Shown: positions 1 through 7,453 of the stretch, one piece after another | Layout of the letters: each line of letters starts with the position of its first letter | How positions within the stretch are numbered: the stretch's first letter is position 1 | Source of the DNA: an uncultured bacterium | GTDB lineage: Bacteria > Hydrothermota > 32-111 | Length of the DNA: 47,976 nt | Direction of reading: 5' to 3' | Assembly (NCBI GenBank): GCA_965371715.1 | Contig: CBDUZN010000001.1 | Location: forward strand, 1 to 47,976 | The notes under the pieces: model-generated | The model's database searches: none | The model's input: only the letters and a program-made list of their open reading frames with translations | What the model was told of the DNA's origin: nothing | Translations under genes and position numbers: made by a program

Positions 1-42
1 CAAATTATCAAATATATGTGGAGAAGGACAAGCAAGAAGAGT

Positions 43-174
43 ACTATATTCTTCAAATTACTAATGCTCAATATATTCTTCGAATTACTTGCGTAACATA
101 TTCCTCAGATTACTAATGCGTAACATATTCTTCGAATTACTTGCGTAACATATTCCTCGGATTACTCGGAATAT
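43..174 (+). repeat. Tandem array of five 25-27 bp units (approx. ATATTCYTCRRATTACTWRTGCGTAAC). The last unit folds as a hairpin, ATATTCC / loop TCGGATTACTC / GGAATAT.
   Basis: Read directly: units at 43-70, 71-97, 98-124, 125-149 and 150-174 all contain the core TTCYTCRRATTACT in the same orientation with no spacers. Confidence 0.85.
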
Positions 175-220
175 GCCGAATAAACAATCTTTTATGCGGA
201 GGAAGACAACCAATATAATC

Positions 221-475
221 AATATATTCCTCGAATTACTCGAAATATACCTCTGCGTATTCCCCTATTTACGGCATACAAAGTGCAGTCGCAGATTCGC
301 CGCGGTGAACGAGCTCTCTTTATTGACTGTGTGACAGAGCGGAAAAGAAATATAAAGATGAAGATAATGATAATGATTTGCGTTGCGTTGTTTAACATAT
401 TCCTCAGATTATTCGGAATATGCAATCTTCGAATTACTAATGCGTAATACATTCTTCGAATTACTCAGAATGTAC
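221..475 (+). repeat. Mosaic intergenic element carrying further copies of the same motif. These are an imperfect hairpin at 221-251, a hairpin at 396-422 (CATATTCC/GGAATATG), a unit at 424-447 and a hairpin at 448-474 (TACATTCT/AGAATGTA). It also has a purine-rich tract at 341-378 and a TGTGTGA..GCGGAAAAG module at 325-347.
   Basis: Read directly. The 11-nt loops TCAGATTATTC and TCGAATTACTC are flanked by perfectly complementary 8-bp arms. Confidence 0.8.
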
Positions 476-524
476 AACTATTTGTTTGTGTGTGGGAGCT
501 GAAAAGGATTTATTTTGTTCTTTA

Positions 525-1598
525 TTACCAAACCAATTCATAAACATAAACAGTAGTTTCAAAATAGTTTGTTACCCAAAGATTTTTTCCATCAGGTGTA
601 ATATCAATTCCAATGGGTTTTAATCCTGTTTTCACTCTTTTCACAATTTCCATATCAGATGTTCTGACAATTGCCATTTCACTGTCTTCGTACAAAAGCA
701 CAAAAGCATAATTGTTATCAATGGATAATACCATTGATCGTGCCTTTTCTCCAAGATGAACAGTTTTAATGATATTCTCATTCTCCAAATCATATTTTAC
801 AATATTACCAGGAATATTTAGTGTAATATAGGCATATTTCCCATCCGATGAAATACATATATGTCTGGGGTTTACTCCTACATAAAGATTCTTAACAAAT
901 GAATGGTCATTAAATACATCAATAACTGTAATATGGGATGCACCCATATTTAATATATATGCATAATTACCATCCGGGGAAAAATCAATACCCCTTGGTA
1001 TGTGCATTACTTTAATATCCCTAATCTTTTCCATTTTATCCGTATTGATCACACTAACATTATTTGAAAACCAATTGGCAACATAAATCCATTTGCCATC
1101 TGGCGATGATTTTACTATTTTTGGGGTTTTACCTGTCTTTATCTCTGCAAGTTCAATATTATAAGATGTACCTGTAATTAAATTATCAACCCTTGCTTTT
1201 CTGAGTTTTTCCGGTTTTCTCTCTACGGAAATACTCTCATTGTATAACACCACACTAGCCGCATTATGCAATGATATCCATACTTTATTGCCATTACCGG
1301 CAAAATCGCATTCAACCGGTTTTTCTGCAAATGAATTTATTGTATCCTTTGTTTGATAATTATATCCTTTTGCATGGGTTTTATTGAAAAACACTTTTTT
1401 TACTATACATTTACTCTCTGTATCATATATCCAGAATGAACAATCCTCCAAATTATTAATATAGGCGTATTTCCCTTCAGGGGTAATATTAACGGATTTT
1501 GGAGCATTCCCTGTTTTTAAGATATTTATACGATTGATCTCCAATGAATAAACACTTATTGATGAAATTATTATAAATACTAAAATTATTTTTTTCAT
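525..1598 (-). CDS. Secreted YVTN/YncE-type beta-propeller repeat protein
   Basis: N-terminal signal peptide MKKIILVFIIISSISVYS. Recurrent ~40-aa units include TPEGKYAYINN, SPDGKWIYVANWFSNNVSVIN, SPDGNYAYILNMGASHITVIDV, SSDGKYAYITL and TPDGKNLWVTNYF. Confidence 0.75.
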   Translation of the reverse strand: MKKIILVFIIISSISVYSLEINRINILKTGNAPKSVNITPEGKYAYINNLEDCSFWIYDTESKCIVKKVFFNKTHAKGYNYQTKDTINSFAEKPVECDFAGNGNKVWISLHNAASVVLYNESISVERKPEKLRKARVDNLITGTSYNIELAEIKTGKTPKIVKSSPDGKWIYVANWFSNNVSVINTDKMEKIRDIKVMHIPRGIDFSPDGNYAYILNMGASHITVIDVFNDHSFVKNLYVGVNPRHICISSDGKYAYITLNIPGNIVKYDLENENIIKTVHLGEKARSMVLSIDNNYAFVLLYEDSEMAIVRTSDMEIVKRVKTGLKPIGIDITPDGKNLWVTNYFETTVYVYELVW

Positions 1599-2263
1599 GA
1601 TATTCTCTTTTTTAATTTATATACCAATTCATATAAACCCCTGTACCCATAAATCATAAATCCCTTTACTCTTCCTAAAAAAGATGGGGGGCTTTTTTGA
1701 ATATACATTATTGAATGCACAATACCCTTAATTGTATATTCATCACTATTTAATATATATTCCTTAATAACCCGTTTGGGTCCCTTCCACATAATTGTAT
1801 CATGAAAAAGAAGCATACCACCAGATTCAAGCTTGGGTGACCATGCAAGAAAATCATTTTTTGCATTGTTATAATCATGAGCACCATCAATAAAAATCAT
1901 TGAAAATGATTTATTGCATTCACTTGCCTCTTTAATAGATTCATTCCTTATTGGTTTCACATAATCCATAATATCATATTTTTTCATATTATTAATAAAT
2001 GCATTGTAAGTGTCAATCTTACCATGTTTTGTGTGCTCCGTAGAGCCAAGAAATGTATCAATAGCATATATAAATCCATTTTTCTCATAATTCTTTTTTG
2101 CTAATGCCATATAAAATGTTGATCTTCCCTCAAATGAACCAATCTCAACAATACTACCATTAATAGATGATGCCAATTTGTATAATAATGCTCCTTCGCT
2201 TCTTGAAATCCATCCATTGATTGTATTTGCATTTTTGTGGATAATATCCATTTCCTTAAACAT
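1595..2263 (-). CDS. Class I SAM-dependent methyltransferase (Methyltransf_24-like)
   Basis: Motifs IVEIGSFEGRST (SAM-binding glycine loop), FIDGAHDY and GGMLLFHD. Its stop overlaps the downstream beta-propeller start by 4 nt. Confidence 0.7.
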   Translation of the reverse strand: MFKEMDIIHKNANTINGWISRSEGALLYKLASSINGSIVEIGSFEGRSTFYMALAKKNYEKNGFIYAIDTFLGSTEHTKHGKIDTYNAFINNMKKYDIMDYVKPIRNESIKEASECNKSFSMIFIDGAHDYNNAKNDFLAWSPKLESGGMLLFHDTIMWKGPKRVIKEYILNSDEYTIKGIVHSIMYIQKSPPSFLGRVKGFMIYGYRGLYELVYKLKKRIS

Positions 2264-2332
2264 AATGATTTATTATATTTACATATTACTTTTTTTCAAG
2301 ATTAAACATTTTTTTTATTATTTAAATACCTA

Positions 2333-2360
2333 TTGACATATAATAGTAAATATATAGAAT
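2333..2360 (+). promoter_or_regulatory. Candidate sigma70-type promoter for the rpmH operon (TTGACA, 16 nt spacer, TAGAAT)
   Basis: TTGACA at 2333-2338 and TAGAAT at 2355-2360, about 50 nt upstream of the rpmH ATG. AGGAGG RBS at 2401-2406. The promoter consensus in this lineage is unknown. Confidence 0.35.
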
Positions 2361-2410
2361 AAAAAATCTTAAAATAATATTATAATTTAAGTTTATGATC
2401 AGGAGGTCTA

Positions 2411-2560
2411 ATGAAACCGACATATAATCCGAGTAATATTAAAAGAAAAAGAAAACACGGATTCAGAAAAAGAATGGAAACCAAAAATGGCAGGAAAATT
2501 CTTGCAAGAAGAAGAGCAAAGGGAAGAAAATATCTTACCGTATCAGATCCTAGATTATGA
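2411..2560 (+). CDS. rpmH: 50S ribosomal protein L34
   Basis: Not in the ORF track (49 aa). My translation is [49 protein letters not shown], the classic L34 sequence. AGGAGG lies 4 nt upstream, and the stop TGA overlaps the rnpA ATG (ATGA). Confidence 0.95.
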   Translation: MKPTYNPSNIKRKRKHGFRKRMETKNGRKILARRRAKGRKYLTVSDPRL

Positions 2561-2889
2561 GATTTGTGGGACAAACCCCTGTATTAAAAGGTAAAAAGAT
2601 AATACATTTCTTCAATAATCCATTAAAAATTAATAGCGCTAATATGGTATTACTTTATAAAAAATGTGATGAAAAATCCGTTGCATTTTCTGTAAAAAAG
2701 CACACAGTTAATTGTAATGTTGAAAGAAATCATCTAAAACGCATTATGAGAGAATCATACCGAAAAACAGAGGATTTATTCATTTCTCATTATAGTTATT
2801 TCTTTATTGCAAAGAAAAGGTGTATTTCTCTGAAAAACACAATTACTGAAATGCAATCAATGGCTGGGAGAATATGTGAGAATAATTAA
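2557..2889 (+). CDS. rnpA: Ribonuclease P protein component
   Basis: Position directly after rpmH. RNR-like motif [16 protein letters not shown]. 110 aa. Confidence 0.85.
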   Translation: MRFVGQTPVLKGKKIIHFFNNPLKINSANMVLLYKKCDEKSVAFSVKKHTVNCNVERNHLKRIMRESYRKTEDLFISHYSYFFIAKKRCISLKNTITEMQSMAGRICENN

Positions 2890-3094
2890 TAAAATAATAT
2901 TGATTATTATTAATGGATATCGCCTTATAATTTCACCCTTAAAACCCAAAACATGCCGATTCTATCCAACATGCTCAGATTATGCATATCAAGCATTTTT
3001 TAGGTATAATTTCATTAAGGCATTTTTACTATCAATAACAAGAATTCTTAAATGCCACCCATTTCATCCGGGTGGGTATGACCCACTGAAATAA
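2876..3094 (+). CDS. yidD: Membrane protein insertion efficiency factor YidD
   Basis: YRLIISPLKPKTCRFYPTCSDYAYQAF ... HPFHPGGYDP, the canonical YidD signature. Conserved rnpA-yidD-yidC synteny. Confidence 0.92.
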   Translation: MRIINKIILIIINGYRLIISPLKPKTCRFYPTCSDYAYQAFFRYNFIKAFLLSITRILKCHPFHPGGYDPLK

Positions 3095-3105
3095 GGAGTT
3101 TTTTT

Positions 3106-4680
3106 ATGAACAACAATTCAAAATTACTTATAATGTTTGCAATAATCATTGGTGTTTTTTTTATGTACACCTATATGGGCAAAAACAATGCACCTGTACA
3201 AACAACACAGGTAACTGACACAATCATTGAATCAGCTACTGAAATTGCAGAAACAGAACCAGAAATAACTATAAGAAAGAAAAGTCCTGAATATAAATTC
3301 ATTACTTCAGATACTTCATCTATCCGTTTTGAGACAGAAAAATTCTGTGGTAATATTTCAACTGTCTCAGGAGCAATGAGTTCTATTTCTTTAAAGGAAT
3401 TTCCGGTTTTAATCGATACGGCATTATTTCTAATTCCTTCCAATTCCAGATTTCTTGAATTATTAATTACAACAAAAACAAATACATACGATTTGAGAAA
3501 TATTAATTTTTCCATTGAATATCAGGGAAATATTGATCCATTGATAACCGAAAGGGACTCCATTGTGCTCTCTTATGCTGATGATTCAATATATATAAAA
3601 AGAATCTATATATTTACAAATAACTCATATTTTATAGAACACTTTGTAGAAACAAATATTGATGCCGGAATTTATACATTTACAGCTGACAAAGGTATAA
3701 GTATAACTGAAAAGAATTCAAAGGATGACCTTAATTACTTTGCACTTGATGCATTCAGCATTGATAATCTTATTCGAATCAAACATAAACAGGCAAAAGA
3801 TACTCTTTTAATGTCTGGTAATTATCAGTGGATGGGACTTCAAACCAAATATTTCTTCATGGGCATTGAGGGTAAAGGCAGTGGTTTTATAGCAAAAGGA
3901 CTTGAAAATGGAAAAATAGGTGCACAGTTTTTATTCAAGGATAATGCTGTAAGAATATATGCAGGTCCAATTGATTATAAAATTCTTTCGGCTTATGAAA
4001 ACGGAATGGATAAGATTGTTAATTTCGGATGGGCATGGATTGCACCCATAAGTAAAGGTGTTTTACTATTCTTCTCATGGATGTATTCATTCATACCTAA
4101 TTACGGATTTGTAATAGTTGTATTTGCTATAGTTTTCATTCTGGTATTTTCTCCATTAACCTTCAAAAGTTATGCTTCAATGAGAAAAATGCAGATGATA
4201 CAACCCAAATTAAAGGAATTACAGAAAAAACATAAGAAGGATCCCACTAAGCTTAATTCTGAAACAATGAAAATGTATAAAAAACACAAAGTTAATCCAT
4301 TTACCGGATGCTTACCTCTATTTATTCAGATGCCGGTATTTTTTGCATTATATCAGATCCTTAGAACAACTATTGAATTAAGAGGAGCACCATTTATATT
4401 CTGGATTGTAGATCTTGCAGCAAAAGATCCCTATTTTGTTTTACCTATTCTTACAGGAATCACTATGTTCTTTTCCCAGAAATTATCAGCAACAGGTGAT
4501 CAACAAAAGATGCTTACCTATACAATGCCTATAATAATGACTGTGTTTTTCCTTAATTTCCCTTCAGGCGTTGTGGTATATTGGTTCACATACAATATAC
4601 TTTCCCTTGTACAACAGTACATTATTAGAAAAAAAATTCATAATGAAGTTGAGGAAATAAATGAACAGAAAAATGACTGA
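3106..4680 (+). CDS. yidC: Membrane protein insertase YidC (long, diderm-type with periplasmic domain)
   Basis: N-terminal TM segment, a ~300-aa periplasmic region, then the conserved C-terminal core (KMQMIQPKLKELQKKHK, NPFTGCLPLFIQMPVFFALY, FPSGVVVYWFTYNILSLVQQ). Confidence 0.92.
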   Translation: MNNNSKLLIMFAIIIGVFFMYTYMGKNNAPVQTTQVTDTIIESATEIAETEPEITIRKKSPEYKFITSDTSSIRFETEKFCGNISTVSGAMSSISLKEFPVLIDTALFLIPSNSRFLELLITTKTNTYDLRNINFSIEYQGNIDPLITERDSIVLSYADDSIYIKRIYIFTNNSYFIEHFVETNIDAGIYTFTADKGISITEKNSKDDLNYFALDAFSIDNLIRIKHKQAKDTLLMSGNYQWMGLQTKYFFMGIEGKGSGFIAKGLENGKIGAQFLFKDNAVRIYAGPIDYKILSAYENGMDKIVNFGWAWIAPISKGVLLFFSWMYSFIPNYGFVIVVFAIVFILVFSPLTFKSYASMRKMQMIQPKLKELQKKHKKDPTKLNSETMKMYKKHKVNPFTGCLPLFIQMPVFFALYQILRTTIELRGAPFIFWIVDLAAKDPYFVLPILTGITMFFSQKLSATGDQQKMLTYTMPIIMTVFFLNFPSGVVVYWFTYNILSLVQQYIIRKKIHNEVEEINEQKND

Positions 4681-5179
4681 AATCGAAGCAACCTCAGTTG
4701 AAGAAGCTATCAAAATCGGATTAGAAAAACTCAATACTACTATTGAGAATATTGATATTGAAATTCTGGAAGAACCAAAATCCCGGTTTCTTAATATTGG
4801 ATCCAAAAAAGCAAAAGTTAGATTAATAATGATTAATAGTCCAGAAGAAGATAATATTATTGAAAATGATAAAACTAAAAAAGAAATTCTGGAAACATTT
4901 AATAAATTACTTGAATATATGGGTTTTTCTGTTACTCCGGAGATTTCCGAATTTAACAATAAATACAGAATAATTATCAAAGATACTGAGGATGCAAATT
5001 TGCTTATTGGAAAAAGTGGAAAAACTATTGATGCTCTTCAAACAATTATTAATAGAATATTCTCAAAAAAAGGAACTCACAAGCAAATATTTCTTGATAT
5101 CAAAGGGTATGTGATTCAAAAACATAAAAATAAATCACAGAAACAATGGAAACAAGAAAAACCATATTCGCACAAATAA
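4661..5179 (+). CDS. jag: Jag/KhpB-like RNA-binding protein (Jag_N + KH), apparently lacking the R3H domain
   Basis: Position after yidC. Jag_N-like N-terminus (ATSVEEAIKIGLEKLN) and a KH GXXG loop (IGKSGKTIDALQ). The protein ends shortly after LDIKGY and overlaps the mnmE start by 34 nt. Confidence 0.7.
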   Translation: MNRKMTEIEATSVEEAIKIGLEKLNTTIENIDIEILEEPKSRFLNIGSKKAKVRLIMINSPEEDNIIENDKTKKEILETFNKLLEYMGFSVTPEISEFNNKYRIIIKDTEDANLLIGKSGKTIDALQTIINRIFSKKGTHKQIFLDIKGYVIQKHKNKSQKQWKQEKPYSHK

Positions 5180-6474
5180 CACCTCCCGGCATATCAGCAA
5201 TTTCTGTTATAAGAATTTCGGGACTTGGAACAAGAAGCATACTTAAAGAATTGGTTTCTATTGATAATCCTGAACATCATAAAGTATATGTAAGAAAAAT
5301 TCAATTTGAAAATAAAATCATAGACAAAGCAATAATATCATTCTTTGCCTCACCTAACTCATATACCGGTGAAGATATTGCAGAAATATCTATTCATGGC
5401 GGATTTGCTTCATCAAGACGAATAAAGAATATTTTAATAAAATCAGGACTAACTCCTGCCAAAAAAGGTGAATTTACCAAAAAAGCATTTTTAAATAATA
5501 AAATGGATCTTCTTCAAGCAGAGTCCATTTTATCAATAATTGAAGCAAGAACAGTTGAACAGCTTGATAGAGGAATTTCTGTATCTAATGGTATTTTTTC
5601 AAATAAATTGAATGAATTAAGAAAAAAAATTATTGACTTAAAAAGCATTGTTAGTGGTTCAATTGATTTTCCAGATGATATTTCTTATGATATTTATAGT
5701 ATAAAAAAAATGCTTTCCGGTATCAATAAAATAAGTTCTGATATATCTGAAAATGCTATATCAGGCATAATGATGTCAAATGGCATTAAAATACTTATAA
5801 CTGGTAAAAGTAATACTGGAAAATCTACTATTTTTAACCGCCTTCTTAAAGAGGATAGAGCAATAATCACAAATGAACCCGGAACAACAAGAGATATTAT
5901 CGGAGAATGTATCAATATAGAGGGCATTCCTGCAATTATAATGGATTCGGCTGGTATTAGAAACACTGATGGTGAAGCAGAAAAGGAAGGGATTAAAAGA
6001 GTTTATAAGATGTATAAACAAGCAGATATTATTCTTCTGATATTTGATTTATCAACTGGGTTTAATGAAGAAGAAAATAATATTTTAGCTATGTTGAAAA
6101 ATAATAAATATGTTATTATTGGGAATAAAAGTGATATTGCAATAGATAATGCTAATTTACCAAAACAGCAATTCCTTAAAATATCTGCAACAAAAGATAA
6201 AGATATTTCTGAAATAATAAATAAGACAATATCAGAAAAAATAGGATTCACATACAATTCTCAATCTTTTATTCTTAATGAAAGGGAAGCAGATATTGTT
6301 CTTAATATAAAAAATATTATTCAGGATATTAATGATAATAATATTGAAGAATCACCGGAGATTTTAGATGAGTCGCTTAAATTTATTCTTGAAAAAATAT
6401 CCAATCTAACAGGCAAAATTAATGATGAAGATATTTTAAATAATATCTTCTCTAATTTCTGTATTGGAAAATAA
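5146..6474 (+). CDS. mnmE: tRNA uridine-5-carboxymethylaminomethyl modification GTPase MnmE
   Basis: N-terminal TIFAQITPPGISAISVIRISG, G1 motif GKSNTGKST, G3 DSAGIR, C-terminal CIGK tetrapeptide. Confidence 0.93.
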   Translation: METRKTIFAQITPPGISAISVIRISGLGTRSILKELVSIDNPEHHKVYVRKIQFENKIIDKAIISFFASPNSYTGEDIAEISIHGGFASSRRIKNILIKSGLTPAKKGEFTKKAFLNNKMDLLQAESILSIIEARTVEQLDRGISVSNGIFSNKLNELRKKIIDLKSIVSGSIDFPDDISYDIYSIKKMLSGINKISSDISENAISGIMMSNGIKILITGKSNTGKSTIFNRLLKEDRAIITNEPGTTRDIIGECINIEGIPAIIMDSAGIRNTDGEAEKEGIKRVYKMYKQADIILLIFDLSTGFNEEENNILAMLKNNKYVIIGNKSDIAIDNANLPKQQFLKISATKDKDISEIINKTISEKIGFTYNSQSFILNEREADIVLNIKNIIQDINDNNIEESPEILDESLKFILEKISNLTGKINDEDILNNIFSNFCIGK

Positions 6475-7453
6475 TATGACTAATATTCACATTGAACACA
6501 AAGTAAAATCTGAACTTCTTGATATTCGGCTTGATAAGTTCCTAAGAACTATTGGAGTCAAATTATCAAGAAGTAGAATCAATTTATTAATCAAAAATGG
6601 TAAAATTCTTGTTAATAATAAAATTTCAAAACCATCTTACAAAATAAAATGTGGTGATACCGTTATTGTTGATTATGAACGATTAACAAGTAGTGATATT
6701 AAAGCAGAAGATATTTCGCTTGATATTATATATGAAGATGATGATATAATAGTAATCAATAAACAAAAAAATATTGTTGTTCACCCTGCAAGAGGTAATC
6801 GGGAAGGAACAATGGTAAATGCTTTACTCTATCATACTAAAATTTCGGGTGGAGATGAATCAAGACCTGGAGTAATTCATAGATTGGATAAGAATACAAC
6901 AGGAGTTATGGTATTTGCCAAAAACGATGAATCCCTTACAACATTATCCAAGCAAATCGAAAAAAGAACAATGAAGAGAACATATCTTGCTATTGTATGG
7001 GGAAATGTTATGAGGAAATATATTAAGATTGATGAACCAATAGGCAGGAAAATTTCAGACAAAAGACTTATGGCAGTTACTTCTGTAAATAGCAGGAATG
7101 CCGTAACAGAAATCAGGCGTATAGCATCATTTGATATTGCATCAATGATTAAAGTGAAACTTCAAACAGGAAGAACCCATCAGATAAGGGTTCACATGGC
7201 TTTTATGGGACATCCTGTTATTGGAGATGATTATTATGGAAAATTTTCTCGCTCTGCAGTAAAAGATCTTGATATTGACATTAAGAAACATTTTGATAAT
7301 ATTACTAAGTTTATGAAGAGACAGGCACTTCATTCGGTCTCTTTGGGATTTAAACATCCTAAAACCTTTGAAGATATGATGTTTTACGCCCCTCTTCCAA
7401 AAGATATGATGGAATTACTGAATCGTTTGAGAAACCTTGATAATGGAGTATAA
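6464..7453 (+). CDS. rluD: RluA-family 23S rRNA pseudouridine synthase (RluD-like) with N-terminal S4 domain
   Basis: S4-like RLDKFL...SRSRINLLIKNGKILVNN. Catalytic HRLDKNTTGVMVFAK, and QTGRTHQIRVHM. Confidence 0.88.
   Translation: MENNMTNIHIEHKVKSELLDIRLDKFLRTIGVKLSRSRINLLIKNGKILVNNKISKPSYKIKCGDTVIVDYERLTSSDIKAEDISLDIIYEDDDIIVINKQKNIVVHPARGNREGTMVNALLYHTKISGGDESRPGVIHRLDKNTTGVMVFAKNDESLTTLSKQIEKRTMKRTYLAIVWGNVMRKYIKIDEPIGRKISDKRLMAVTSVNSRNAVTEIRRIASFDIASMIKVKLQTGRTHQIRVHMAFMGHPVIGDDYYGKFSRSAVKDLDIDIKKHFDNITKFMKRQALHSVSLGFKHPKTFEDMMFYAPLPKDMMELLNRLRNLDNGV

Noticed and set aside
43-174. Possible CRISPR array
   Set aside because: The 25-27 bp units are directly abutting with no unique spacers. 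The same motif is scattered singly elsewhere, and there are no cas genes in the window.
43-174. Possible iteron array of a plasmid or phage replication origin
   Set aside because: Five tandem direct repeats look iteron-like. However, the motif is dispersed through many intergenic regions of an obviously chromosomal segment, and no rep gene is visible. The window edge prevents a full check upstream.
219-452. 77-aa minus-strand ORF in the first intergenic region
   Set aside because: It runs entirely through the hairpin and mosaic repeat DNA. Its sequence is repeat-derived (IRRG, IFRVIRG) and there is no RBS.
2236-2410. Possible oriC next to the rpmH-rnpA-yidC block
   Set aside because: There is only one perfect DnaA box (TGTGGATAA, 2236-2244), and it lies inside the methyltransferase CDS. 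Another perfect box at 18013-18021 sits inside a gene, so chance occurrence is plausible. There is no dnaA or dnaN in the window and no box cluster in the AT-rich 2264-2410 gap.
2380-2574. 64-aa minus-strand ORF from the track
   Set aside because: It is the antisense shadow of rpmH (2411-2560, +). The rpmH translation is an unmistakable L34 sequence with a strong RBS.
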